From positions 119,325-183,324 of the forward strand of contig BCKQ01000001.1 in NCBI GenBank assembly GCA_001600695.1: a DNA stretch of 64,000 bases, given 5' to 3'. The DNA is from Ascoidea asiatica JCM 7603. Lineage: Eukaryota; Fungi; Ascomycota. This document shows positions 22,485 through 34,455 of this stretch, piece after piece; positions within the stretch are counted from its first letter, which is position 1, and every line of letters starts with the position of its first letter. Under the pieces are notes generated by a model. It saw only the letters and a list, made by a program, of their open reading frames with translations. It was not told where the DNA came from and made no database searches. The position numbers were made by a program, and so were the translations under genes.

Positions 22485-23318
22485 TTAAATTAGATTTTTT
22501 ATATTATATGAAAATATTTTTCAACACTTGTAGGTTTTTTTTTTTTTTTTTTCTTTCTGCTAATAAATCAGAATTGTAATATATAACAATAGAAATGTAT
22601 ATATTTATATATATATACAATATTTGCAATAATAGGTTTCTTTTTAACACAGATCTTTCAGTGAATAAATATTATAATAAAAATTTAAATTTGATACTAA
22701 AGCTATATATCAACATAACAATACTAATATCAAAATCAATCTAATAATGCAATGATATAACAATGAAGCTGACTCTGGGAGTTTTGAAATTGCTGTTGGT
22801 GGTGGTGAAGCTGCTGGAGCTGGCGAATTTCCTGGACGTTTTGAAATTGTTTGAAGGTGAAACAAAAACAAAAACAGAAACTAAATTCGAGTGGTTTGAT
22901 TCAGTTCAAATTCAGCGGATTTCATTCTGCCACAACGCAACAAGAGCAGGGCAGGGACGGCGAAGGGAAAAATCAGGGGCAGGAGGACAGCCATTGGGAC
23001 AGTAGTGCATGGGAGTGCTGAGGTACACGTAGAAGTGCATAACTTTTTTAGAGGTCTGGTTCAGCCATTTATTGAGGGTTTACAGTCTGTAAATGGACGT
23101 GGCTGGTACATGGTGGCTAGTGAACTTAAATTGAAAACCTCGGAATTCAAAGAAGCCATGTGATCATTTCGACTCTGTACAGTTTACTTGATTCTGTTTC
23201 TTTAGATTTGATTTGAAGCTTTCTTCCTGGTGAAAAAAGCTTTAAATTTGTGTCAAATGAAATAATCAAATAAAAACTGGAGGAAAATAAAAAGTATTTG
23301 TATATTAATACAATCAAA

Positions 23319-24293
23319 ATGGGAAATGGTTCAAGAATTGAAAGAAAACAGGAAAAGTATAGGTTAAAAAGTACAGAAACAATAATTGAATTTAGACCAA
23401 TAAATGATATTAATATTCCAGTAATTTCATTTTTTGGAGTTAAATTAAATGCAGTTGTTAATCCAATTTTTGAAGATTTTTTAACTTTTTTTAAATATAA
23501 ATTTCAAGATAATTATTCTGAAATAATTGATGATTATTCTGCTGTTGAATATTATATTAATGGTCATAGATTAATTTTAACTAAAGGTTCTCTTTTAGTT
23601 TCTCAACTTCAAGGTTCTATACCTTCAGATTCAAGAGATCCAAATTTTATTCATGTAGATATTTTATTAATAAAAAATAAAAACATAAAATCAACATTGA
23701 AATTAACTAATGATTCAGTTCCAGTAGCTGATTTGTATTTTAAATTTGATGATTTTCAATTAGTTAAAACATATATCAATAAAATCAAAAATAATAATGA
23801 CAATAATGATGATAATAATGATGATAATAATAATAGTGATGACTTAGAAATACCTTATTCACGTATTGGTATATATTATAGAAATTTAACAAGTATTTCT
23901 TCAATTACAAAAAAATCAGTAGATTTTATTATTTCTGATATTTTAAAAAGATTATTTCCAATTGGTTTTTTAAATGATTTAGAATTAAATCAAAATAAAG
24001 TTTTATCTTTTAAACATAGAAGTAGACATTTAGATTTTAATTTAAGTTCATCTATACAATCGTTAAAAACAATAAAATATGGATATTCATCTCAAATTAC
24101 TCTTGTAATTCATAAAAAACCAAAATTAAAAAATAGAAATAAAAATAATAATCAATCTAATAATTTAAATGATAAAAAAAGAAATTTAGATGAATCTAAT
24201 GAAGACAATAATAATATTGTTAATAACAACAATGATAATATTGAACCAAATAAAATAAGGAAAATTCAATCAGAACAAGAAACATCAATCTAA
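23319..24293 (+). CDS. Hypothetical protein, possibly two ubiquitin-like (beta-grasp) domains
   Basis: Long ORF with host codon usage; first ATG at 23319. Segments YYINGHRL...IHVDI and FKHRSRHLDFNL...ITLVI resemble UBL strand patterns. Confidence 0.6.
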   Translation: MGNGSRIERKQEKYRLKSTETIIEFRPINDINIPVISFFGVKLNAVVNPIFEDFLTFFKYKFQDNYSEIIDDYSAVEYYINGHRLILTKGSLLVSQLQGSIPSDSRDPNFIHVDILLIKNKNIKSTLKLTNDSVPVADLYFKFDDFQLVKTYINKIKNNNDNNDDNNDDNNNSDDLEIPYSRIGIYYRNLTSISSITKKSVDFIISDILKRLFPIGFLNDLELNQNKVLSFKHRSRHLDFNLSSSIQSLKTIKYGYSSQITLVIHKKPKLKNRNKNNNQSNNLNDKKRNLDESNEDNNNIVNNNNDNIEPNKIRKIQSEQETSI

Positions 24294-24358
24294 TTACTAC
24301 TTAAATATATATAATGTGTATAATATAATAACATATAAAAAATATTTCAATAAATTTA

Positions 24359-24495
24359 TTATTTTTTACCAAGTTTAAGCCATTTAGGTACTTTTTTAAC
24401 ACCATTATTATTTGATCCAAGACTATTTCCCAATTTATTACCACCTAACTTATGACCATTATTTTTATTTTTATCATCAACCAAATTATTATTAC

Positions 24496-24526
<31 letters not shown>

Positions 24527-25321
24527 TTCATTAATATCAATTTGTTTAATTGAATTATTTAAAGTTTCAATTAAAAATGGACCTTTATATTTTAAATTTA
24601 ATTTATTCAAATTTATATCATTATTATCTAATAATTCAAAAATTATTGTACTTTTATTAATATTAATTTTACTTAATTTTAAATTCATTATTTCATTATT
24701 TTCTTTATTTATATAATCTTTATAATTAAAAGTTTTAATTATAATTTTATTTTCTTTAAATTCAAGAGTTTTATAATTTTTTTTATCATTATTTGATTTA
24801 TAATAAAATGAATTTGGTGGTAATTTTAAATTAAATTTAAAATTTTCATTATTTTTAATTTCCTGTTTAATTAAAAATTTCTCAATTATAATTTTAAATA
24901 TATCTTTAACATAATGATTTGAATTTAAATTTAATTGAATAAATATATTATCAGGTAATTTAATTCTAATTGTAAATTTCTCCAAATGTTCATTATTTAT
25001 ACTACTATTCTTAATTTTTTTTTTATTTACAATCTCTTCTCTTTCTTTTTTTAACTTACTTTCAACATAAGCTGATTTTTTATTTGCAGATTTATTCAAA
25101 ATATCTTGATATTTTCTTGCTTGTTCAACAGTTAATTGATATTGACTATCATCATAATCATCATCTTCTTCTTCTTCAACTGTTTCTTCTTCTGCTTTGA
25201 ATTTATATAAGTTGAATTGCAAATCTGAGGAATCTGTTTTTTCCTCTTTCTTCTCACTTATCTTTGGAATAATGCTCTGATCAATGCTCTTCTTCTCGTC
25301 TTTACCACTCAATTCACTCAT
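24359..25321 (-). CDS. UBX4: UBX-domain protein Ubx4 (TUG/ASPL family), lacking the N-terminal UBL
   Basis: DDSQYQLTVEQARKYQ, IRIKLPDNIFIQ (UBX start) and the C-terminal KKVPKWLKLGKK typical of Ubx4/TUG. Confidence 0.8.
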
Positions 25322-25750
25322 CTCTTCCTCTTATTCCTCTAATTCCTCTAATTCTTCTTCTTCTTCTTCTTCTTCTTCTTCTGTTTGCCTCCTGTTCTTT
25401 CTTTCCTCTTTTATTTATATTCTCAGATCTTCGCCTTCTGATCCTCCGTGTCCGGAACACCACTTCCGATACACGGATCTTCTTCTCCGTTGCAACTTCC
25501 GGTCATTTACCCTCGTATCTCTTGTACGTCACCTGACCCTTCCATGATCTGCCTGGCTTTTGTCTGTTTGTATACAACTCCTTTTCTTTGCTTTTTATCC
25601 TTTAAAATTTTACCACTTTCTTATCCTTTTTTATCAGTCTCAATCAGTCTTTATCAATAATTATCAATAATTATCAATAATTATCAATAATTGAATCATA
25701 AAATCTTAATTAAATACAGTCATTATAAATAAATAAATAAACAATTCAGA

Positions 25751-25956
25751 ATGTGTATGTCTTTGAGTTTGAAATCCTTGTTGATTTATCACTTCTTTTA
25801 TATTTCTTTTATATAATATTAATATTCAAAAAACTAACAATTAAATTTAAATCCAATATAAAAATTTATTGAATTTTATTAAAATAATAATAGCTCTTGA
25901 TTTTGATGCATTAGCTAGTATGTAAACAATTTATTTTAATTTCATTATTTCTAACT

Positions 25957-26014
<58 letters not shown>

Positions 26015-26386
26015 TAATACTAATAATAATATAATTTAGAACAATTTACTCAATTTTATTATGATCAATTTGATTCTGATAGAGCTCAATTAGCAAATTT
26101 ATATAGAAATGAATCAATGTTAACATTTGAAACAAATCAAGTTCAAGGTATTAATTCAATTATTGAAAAATTAACAAGTTTACCATTTGGTAAAATTAAA
26201 CATAATATTGCAACTTTAGATGCTCAACCTGCTTCTGCAAATGGTGATGTTTTAGTTATGGTAACTGGTAGTTTAATAATGGAAGGTAATGATCATCCAC
26301 AAAATTATTCTCAAGTTTTTCATTTAATTCCTGATCAAGATTCATATTATGTTTATAATGATATCTTTAGACTTGTTTATGCTTAA
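25751..26386 (+). CDS. NTF2: Nuclear transport factor 2; exons 25751-25754, 25894-25917, 26040-26386
   Basis: Two GTATGT...TAG introns. The spliced product [40 protein letters not shown]...YNDIFRL matches yeast Ntf2. Confidence 0.95.
25959..26011. repeat. (AAT)n microsatellite inside NTF2 intron 2
   Basis: About 17 perfect AAT units. Confidence 0.9.
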
Positions 26387-26835
26387 TTAATTTACTTCTT
26401 TATAATCTTTTTTTATATATTTATATATTTATATATTTACACTTATATTTATATATTTACACTTATATTTCATAGTTATTTTATTAATATTTTTTTATAT
26501 TTATTAAGTAATTTGAAATGAGAATCGTAAATTTAGTTTTTTAAAAAAAATGAATTATATATATATATATATATATATATAAATATAAATATATATATAA
26601 TGATTTGAAGAATGATTAAAACAATGAATGAACAATGAATAAACAAAAACAAAAACAAAAGAAAAACAAAAGAAAGATAAAAAGTAAAATAAAATAAACA
26701 AAATAAAACAAAATTATAAAAACAAGTAATAAAAAGAAAAATAAACTAAGTTATAAAAAACTAATTATAATTATCAATGTTTAAAAGCTATTATTTATTA
26801 AATTATTAAATTATTAGATTTAAAGATTATAAGTA

Positions 26836-28443
26836 TTATTGAGGTGGTGTTATAGCTAAATCATCATTTAAATTCATATGATCCATTCCAACTGATAAAT
26901 GATCAATATGTAAATCATTATTATTGGAAATATTATTAATTGGATGTTGATTATCATTTTCATAATCACTTGAATCATTATCATCACTTTCATCATCAAT
27001 ATCTCTTTCTAAATCAGATACAGTTCTACAATTTGGACATAAAAATTGTGGATAATTTCGTATAATAATTCTTCTAATACATTTATAATGCCAAGAATGT
27101 GCACATGGAGAAATAAAAATTGCTTGACATGGTTTACAATTTTCTAAACAAATTGCACATTCAGTATATTCATCTGAACTTTTTCTATCTATACTATTAT
27201 TTGAATTTGAATTTGAATTTGAATTTGTAATTGTATTAATTTTTTCAATATTATTTTCAGTATTACTAATATTTTTTGTAATTAAATTTTGAGAAATATT
27301 AATATTATTAATATTATTATTATTTAAATTTAAATTTAAATTTTTTAATTTTTCATGAGTATTTTTATTAAAATTTGAAGATTTTATAATCCAAGATTTA
27401 TTTAATTCAATTCTCATTTTAACACATCTATAAATTTCTTCACTACCACCTCTATAATCCATACCTAATTGTAATAAATCACCATCATTAATTTGACAAT
27501 TATCACTTTCTTCATTTGGGGAAGATAATCTTCTTCTATTTAAAAAAGTACCACTTGAAGATTTTAAATCTTTTATAAACCAAATACCATAATTATTAAC
27601 AAAGAAATTAGCATGAATTCTAGAAACAACTTTTGATTTAAAAACTATAGAAGAAGAAGAATTTGAAGAAGCTAATAAAGAATCTTTATTTCTTTCAGTA
27701 TATCTACCAATTTGAATTTTATTATTTGGTTTTAATTTTCTTCTAATTGGAGCAAAATATAAAGAAGAATTTGAAGATGAACTATCTATATATGGAGTTA
27801 ATCTTATAGAATATAAACCATTTTTAGATTTATGATTATGATAATTTGAAGTGTTACTTATGTTATTTATATTATTTATATTATTTATATTATTTGATTC
27901 AAGAGTGGATATTGTATTATTATTAGTGGTTGTATTTGTATTTGTATTTGTATTTGTATTTGGAATTGAACTCATATTTTGAATTGAGATTGAGTTTGAT
28001 AAAATAGGAGAGTTATTATTATTATTATTATTATTATTGGTGGTGGTATTGATTGAGTTAACTAGATTATTTACAAGAATATTTGAATGATTATCAGTTG
28101 ATATATTATTAGTGGTTGTATTTGTAATTGTATTTGTAATTGTATTTGTATTTGTATTAATGGATTGATTTGGTTGTCTATTGATTGAACTTGTAAAAAC
28201 CTGAAAGAAATTGAAAGTTGAAGAACTTCTTTTTCTATTTGGTTGAGTGATAATTGGAGTATTATTATTACTATTTAAGATAGTATTTGTATTTGTAGTA
28301 GTTGTTGTATTTGAATTTGTATTTGTATTTGAAATTGAATTTGAGTTATTATTATTATTATTATTAGAATTACTATTTGAGTTTGAATTTAGACTATTAA
28401 TATAAATGTGATGATTATTAGTAGAATTTAAAAACGACGACAT
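26836..28443 (-). CDS. FHA-RING E3 ubiquitin ligase Dma1/Dma2
   Basis: FHA domain (IGRYTE, FKSKVVSRIHA, DLKSSSGTFLN) plus RING-H2 (CAICL...CAHSWHYKC...CPNC); Asn/Thr-rich N-terminus. Confidence 0.93.
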   Translation of the reverse strand: MSSFLNSTNNHHIYINSLNSNSNSNSNNNNNNNSNSISNTNTNSNTTTTTNTNTILNSNNNTPIITQPNRKRSSSTFNFFQVFTSSINRQPNQSINTNTNTITNTITNTTTNNISTDNHSNILVNNLVNSINTTTNNNNNNNNNSPILSNSISIQNMSSIPNTNTNTNTNTTTNNNTISTLESNNINNINNINNISNTSNYHNHKSKNGLYSIRLTPYIDSSSSNSSLYFAPIRRKLKPNNKIQIGRYTERNKDSLLASSNSSSSIVFKSKVVSRIHANFFVNNYGIWFIKDLKSSSGTFLNRRRLSSPNEESDNCQINDGDLLQLGMDYRGGSEEIYRCVKMRIELNKSWIIKSSNFNKNTHEKLKNLNLNLNNNNINNINISQNLITKNISNTENNIEKINTITNSNSNSNSNNSIDRKSSDEYTECAICLENCKPCQAIFISPCAHSWHYKCIRRIIIRNYPQFLCPNCRTVSDLERDIDDESDDNDSSDYENDNQHPINNISNNNDLHIDHLSVGMDHMNLNDDLAITPPQ

Positions 28444-29545
28444 TAATATTAATATAAGTTTTATTTAATTAGATAATTATTATATATTTTTGAATTATTT
28501 CTTATTAGATATTGAAATTATTAAGATAATTATATGAGGAAGAGTGGAACTCCAATATTACAAATTAAAGATTAAAGATTAGATATTAGATATTAGATAT
28601 TAGATATTAGATATTAGATCTGAGAAGAGAAGATAGAGAAGATAGGATAATAAACAAATGGAATAAGATAAATCAATAATCAAAGAAAGATATAGACATC
28701 TAAAGAGTAGATATATATTATTATATATATATTTATTTATATATTTCCATGAATAATTGATTCAACAATACAAATGGCCATAGAAATATAAGTAAATATA
28801 TACAGTATGAATATATAAATATATAAATATATAAATATATAAATATATAAATATACAAATATAAATATAAATACCAGAAAGTGAGTGCTGATAAAATAAA
28901 ATAAATTAAAATAGGCGTGCGCTGAACCAAATCACAATCCTGCACCATTCCCAGGCCCTGGCAAGAAAGAAAGAAAGTGAGCAGAGGAGTAGCAGTAGTA
29001 GTAGTAGTTGTAGTAGTGTAGTAGTAGTAGTAGTAGTAGTGTAGTAGTGTAGTGAGAGTAGTGAGAGAATAAGAGTGCAGTGGTGGTAATTGCCCCTTTT
29101 CTCAGACCGGACCACGGAGACGGGCATCCACCGCGGTTACGTCCCGGTTTCATTTCTTTGTTTTCCGTTGCTTGTTTCAGTTGTTTCGACCCATGGCACT
29201 GGTTTGAAAAAGAAGACCCACTGTATTGGCCTCACTTATATAAGAATTTAATTCAAATACCTATATGTGTTTTAATGGGTATTTTAATGGATAATAGAAA
29301 GAATAGTAATAAGACTATGATACATAAATTAATAATAATAATTAACAATAATTAACAATTAACTAAACTAAACAAATTTATTAGATACAATAAATTCTAT
29401 AATCATATCAAGTTATATATATACAAACAATCATGCAAATACAAATACAAATTGAACAATAGATCATCATTGTATCATCTATTAAATCTAATAAATCTAT
29501 CCAACAACTAAAAATTAAAATTAAAATCAAAATTTAAATTATTAC

Positions 29546-30491
29546 TTAGATTTTAATTTCAAGTGCTTTTTTAGCAGCTCTTTTAGCTAATTTAGCTTGA
29601 GTTTTAGCACCCATAATACCACCAGTCCAATGACGTTTAGTATCTTCATATTTTTCTGAAAAATTAACATCAACTGCAGAAATTAATGATGCTAAAGCAG
29701 GTTTATCTTCATCTTTAACTTCTGTTAAAGCTACAACTGCTGCTGTTTTTTTATGAACTAATTGTCCTAATCTTGCTTTATTTTTAACAATTGCATATGA
29801 TGTACCTGTTTTTTGACATAATGCTGGTAAATAAACAACTAATTCAATTGGATCAACATCATGAGCAATTAAAACTAATTTAACTTTTTTATTTTCAATT
29901 AATGAAACAACATGATTTAATCCATATTTAACAACAAATGGTTTACTTGAAACATCAAATGCTTTTTTACCTTCTGCAATTGCTGATGCTTCTTTTGTTA
30001 ATCTTTCTTTTTTTTCATTACATGTTTCTGGTCTATATTTATTTAATAATTTAAATGCTTGTACTGTTGTATTTCTATCTAAAGTATATTGAAATTGAGA
30101 AATTGCAGGTGGAACTTTTAATCTAATTTGTAAAATTTTTTTTTGTCTTTGTAATCTAACATATTCTGGCCATTTAACAAATCTTGATAAATTTCTTTTT
30201 GGTTGAATTGATTGTCCAATACCAAAATTTTTTGGTGTTGATTCAACTAATGGATTTGAAATTTTTTTACTTGCTTTGTTTTTTTTACCAAATGGATTGG
30301 CTGCTACTTTTTTTGATGGTGCCTATTTTTTTTAATAAAATAATAAAATAAAGTATTTATTTAAGTTAGTATTATATTCATTTATCTATTAAAAAAATTT
30401 ATTATATTCAATAGAATTTTTTTTTTTAAAAGTCAAATTCATCTGTTATTCTGGCTCTAAAAGCATCCAAATAACATGTTTGACATACCAT
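29546..30491 (-). CDS. RPL8: 60S ribosomal protein L8 (eL8/L7a); exon 1 is the ATG at 30489-30491, exon 2 is 29546-30322
   Basis: ATG|GTATGT intron with TACTAAC (30365-30371) and TAG acceptor. The product [13 protein letters not shown]...[31 protein letters not shown]...[12 protein letters not shown] is eL8. Absent from the ORF track. Confidence 0.96.
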
Positions 30492-30809
30492 TTTTGTTAA
30501 TTATATTTCTTATTTCCAATTATTATTATTATTATTAATATTGATATAAATATAAATATAAACCAAGTTTAAAAAATTTAAAATATAAAATATTATAAAA
30601 ATAAATATATAAATAATCACTCAGTAAACTAATATCATATCTAATGATTATTTTTCATAATCTAATTAAGATTCCTTTCTTCTTTTTTCTAAAAATTCAA
30701 TTCCGCATTGTTTCCTTGTTAGTCTTTTTACAACAAAACGTGATATTCAAAATATCCTTTAAATTCAACAATAATTTATTTACAACCTCAAAATCCCGTG
30801 AAATTATAA

Positions 30810-30842
30810 AGGGCTCAAATACTTTTTAATCAAAATAGCCCT
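30810..30842. promoter_or_regulatory. Inverted AGGGCT-N21-AGCCCT pair (Tbf1-type ribosomal protein promoter element)
   Basis: Upstream of RPL8; the same arrangement occurs upstream of RPL2. Confidence 0.55.
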
Positions 30843-31298
30843 ATATACCCTCGAAATACCCCGGTGTACCCTCGTAATATTTTTATAGTTCCCGGAATGC
30901 CCTCGGTCTCGGAATCTCCGGAGTTCAACTGGTGACTTGACGCAGGGTCCTTTTAGCGTCTTTTTACCAAACTTTCCTTTTTACCCACCACTATTTTCTA
31001 TTGTTTATCTTTCAAATCTACAGTAATATAAATTATATTTATTATCTTCTAAATAATAACAAATCCTCATGATTAATTACCTCATGTATCCCTTATTCTA
31101 TTATCTCTATTACTATTACTATTACTATTACTACTCTTTGTAACTATGTTTCATACTAACCATCATTTTCATTTCATTTCTTTTCATTCATATTCTATAT
31201 AAATAATGAACTCTCTTTTTATACTTTATTTTCAAATTTATTTAAATTTTCCTTTAGTTATATAAACATATTAATTATATAAAGAAATTATACTCTAA

Positions 31299-33593
31299 AT
31301 GAAATCAATCTTAACAAAATATAAACTAAAAAATGATAAAGTTAAAGTTTCAAAAAATAAAAAAGATTATAATCAAAATGATAATAATGATTTAAGCATT
31401 TTTCATATTTTACCTTCTTTTCAAATGTTTGAATATTTCATAAACTCAATTCCTTCAAATAATAATACAAATAATTATCAAATTAATTTAATTCAAAATT
31501 CTCAAAATTTAAATATTTCAAATCTTCCATCTTATAAAAATGATACTGATAATGATAATGATAATGATAACGATAATGATAATGATAATAACAAAAATAA
31601 TATAAAAGAAATTTCAAATATATTTCATATAACTCCAAATGATATACTTTATAACTCAATTCAACCAATTCAATCTTCAAATCTTTTAAATACTATTAAT
31701 GATCATTGTTTTTCAAATATTAATTATGAAAATATACGTAAATTAAAATATAATTTGAATAATGATATCACTATTCAAATATTTTTATCTGACTCTTTAA
31801 TTTCCTCAAATTCTTCAAATGATTCAAAATTAAATATTTTAAAAGAATTCACTTCAGGTGATTCAATTAAAGGTTATATAATTATTGAAAACAATTCTTC
31901 AAATGATTTTCATTTTAATAATTTTTATGTTTCTCTCAAAGGTACTTCCAAAACTTTATTAAATAATAATAATAATACCAATGAACAAGAAGAAGTTTTA
32001 AACTCAAAAACTTTTTTAGAAATGATTGATTTAAGTGCTTCTTGGTCACTTGGTTCAATTTCCTCAAATTTTGATATTAACTCAAATAATTACAAAAATA
32101 ATAAAAATCAAATATCTAATTTTGATAATTCAATCATTGGTTTACCAAATACAAAATTATTAAAATCAAAAACAAAATATAAAAAATTTTTCTTTTTTAA
32201 ATTTCCTTTCAAAAATATTGATACAATTTGTAATAATAAAATTAATAATCATTTGAATTTACCTCCAAGTTTTGGTATAAATCAATTCAAAATTCCAATT
32301 GAAGAAAGACTAAATCTTAATGATTATGGAATTTCATTTAAAAATATTCCAGGTTCTCAAATTTCATTTAATGATTATAATTATAATAAATTATCAATAT
32401 CTTATTCTATAAATGCAATTTTAATTTCATCTATTAATCAAGAAAAAACTAAAGTTGAAATTGAAATTGATAGATTTTTTATTTCTTCAAAATCTGAATA
32501 TAATTTAAGATTTGTACCTTGTGAAAATATCTCAAATGAATTCAAAAAAACTTTCAATAATTTTAAAATTAATAATTCAATTTCTTTTCAACAAATAAAA
32601 GAGTTAATTAATTATATATCTTCTGAATTGAATGAAATTCAAAGTAATTGTAATAATGATGATGGTGTAGTAAATGAAAATGAATATACTTTTAATGAAA
32701 GTTCAAACAGAGCAAATGATAATTTAAAATTTGATAATGGTAAAAATAAAATGAATGAATTATTCAATTTCAATCAAAATTTAATTAAAATTGATAATGA
32801 TAAAGATTGCTTCAATTTGAATAAAAATGAATACTATATTGAAAGATTAAAAGTTAAAAAAATAAATAATAATAAGTTGAATTCATTTTTTAAACAAACC
32901 AAAAAAGAAATAATTGATATAAATGAAATAATAAATTGTTTTTCATGTTCTATTGAAATTCCAAGATTCAATTTACCATATATTTGTCCAATTAAAAATC
33001 TTTTAGATAATAATGAAAAAGAAGTTAGAAATTATAAACTAAAGTATAAATTATTCCTAAAAAGTAATGAAAAGATTAAGAAATACTTTATAAAATTTAC
33101 AAATATTTTCATAGATTTAGTTGCGATTACAATTGTTTCAAATAAATCAATACCAATTAATTTGAATTATGAATTATTGTTTAATACTAAGAAATATAAT
33201 AATTTAAAAAAGATATTTAAAAATTTTGATAAAAGAATTTCAAAATTTTCTGAAATTGAAAAAGAACAAATTCCAAAAAATATTTTAAATTCAATTGAAT
33301 CAATTAATAATATGAAATATTTTAAAAAAAATATATATAGTGTTTTAAAAGTAGAAAGATTTAAAAGTAGTGAATGGGAAAAGAAAGAAGAAGAAGATTT
33401 ATGGAAATGCTGTATTGAAATTGATTGTAAATTGATTCCTAGTATTAAAGAAACTATATTACCAAATTTTTCAAGTTGCTTAATTTCTAGATTATATTAT
33501 ATACGAGTTTCAACAATTTTAAATGATGAATATTTAATTCAAATTCCAATACCTATAAATGTTATAAAAGTTTCAGAAAATAAATATAGTTAA
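31299..33593 (+). CDS. Bul1/Bul2-family Rsp5 ubiquitin-ligase adaptor
   Basis: ILPSFQMF, PY-like LPSY, KEFTSGDSIKGYIIIEN, FLEMIDLSASWS, LPPSFG and LPNFSSCLISRLYYIRV. Confidence 0.88.
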   Translation: MKSILTKYKLKNDKVKVSKNKKDYNQNDNNDLSIFHILPSFQMFEYFINSIPSNNNTNNYQINLIQNSQNLNISNLPSYKNDTDNDNDNDNDNDNDNNKNNIKEISNIFHITPNDILYNSIQPIQSSNLLNTINDHCFSNINYENIRKLKYNLNNDITIQIFLSDSLISSNSSNDSKLNILKEFTSGDSIKGYIIIENNSSNDFHFNNFYVSLKGTSKTLLNNNNNTNEQEEVLNSKTFLEMIDLSASWSLGSISSNFDINSNNYKNNKNQISNFDNSIIGLPNTKLLKSKTKYKKFFFFKFPFKNIDTICNNKINNHLNLPPSFGINQFKIPIEERLNLNDYGISFKNIPGSQISFNDYNYNKLSISYSINAILISSINQEKTKVEIEIDRFFISSKSEYNLRFVPCENISNEFKKTFNNFKINNSISFQQIKELINYISSELNEIQSNCNNDDGVVNENEYTFNESSNRANDNLKFDNGKNKMNELFNFNQNLIKIDNDKDCFNLNKNEYYIERLKVKKINNNKLNSFFKQTKKEIIDINEIINCFSCSIEIPRFNLPYICPIKNLLDNNEKEVRNYKLKYKLFLKSNEKIKKYFIKFTNIFIDLVAITIVSNKSIPINLNYELLFNTKKYNNLKKIFKNFDKRISKFSEIEKEQIPKNILNSIESINNMKYFKKNIYSVLKVERFKSSEWEKKEEEDLWKCCIEIDCKLIPSIKETILPNFSSCLISRLYYIRVSTILNDEYLIQIPIPINVIKVSENKYS

Positions 33594-33969
33594 ATTATTA
33601 TATGGCCATTGAGATGTCCGGATTAGGAAAGAGATTGGAATTTGGTGTGAAACTTTATTCATTTTTAATTTTAGATTTATTTAAATAAATTGACACAAAA
33701 TTGAATAATAGGAAAGTTTAAAGAAATAAATAATAGAATAAGAAAAATAATTTTCAGTTAAAAGGATTAATCAAATAATTTTATTCATTTTATTTATTAA
33801 TCAAAGAATTCAGAATTGTAATTATTATATAAATGTAATCAAATTATCCAATTTTATAACATTTGGAAAAATATTTAGATATAGATTATAACAAGAATTA
33901 AAAAAGCAAAAAAAATACAATTAATACAAAAAAAAATAAATATACTAAAAGGATATATAAAAAGATAAA

Positions 33970-34455
33970 ATGTTTGATAGATATTCAGAAGGAATTTTAC
34001 TAGATGAATATCCAACGGTAAATCTATCAAATAAAAAATGTTTATGTGAATTTTGTAAATATAATAATAAGAAATTAGAAAATTTAAGATTATTTTTAAA
34101 AATTGGATTAATTATACCAATAGTTTGGATTTATAATGTAATTACAATCATCAATTCATATTTTACTATTAATGATATTGAAAAAACATATAATTCAAAT
34201 GTTAATGATTTTAATAATATTAATACACATGGAAATGGTAATAGAAATAGAAATAAGAAAAAAATTGCAAATAAAATTATTGAAACACATGAAAAAGTTA
34301 AAAATGAAGTTTCGATGATTTTAGAATTCTCATTTATTGGAATTTTTATTTATATTATCTTGGGATTTTTGATTTACTTGTTAGTTGCACATTCTACTTT
34401 TTCCACAGAAGAATCAATGAATTACTTCACATTCAGAAAACTAATCAAATCATGA
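33970..34455 (+). CDS. Hypothetical small membrane protein (CxCxxC motif, two transmembrane segments)
   Basis: ATG in A-rich context, 161 aa, CLCEFC followed by two hydrophobic segments. Confidence 0.6.
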   Translation: MFDRYSEGILLDEYPTVNLSNKKCLCEFCKYNNKKLENLRLFLKIGLIIPIVWIYNVITIINSYFTINDIEKTYNSNVNDFNNINTHGNGNRNRNKKKIANKIIETHEKVKNEVSMILEFSFIGIFIYIILGFLIYLLVAHSTFSTEESMNYFTFRKLIKS

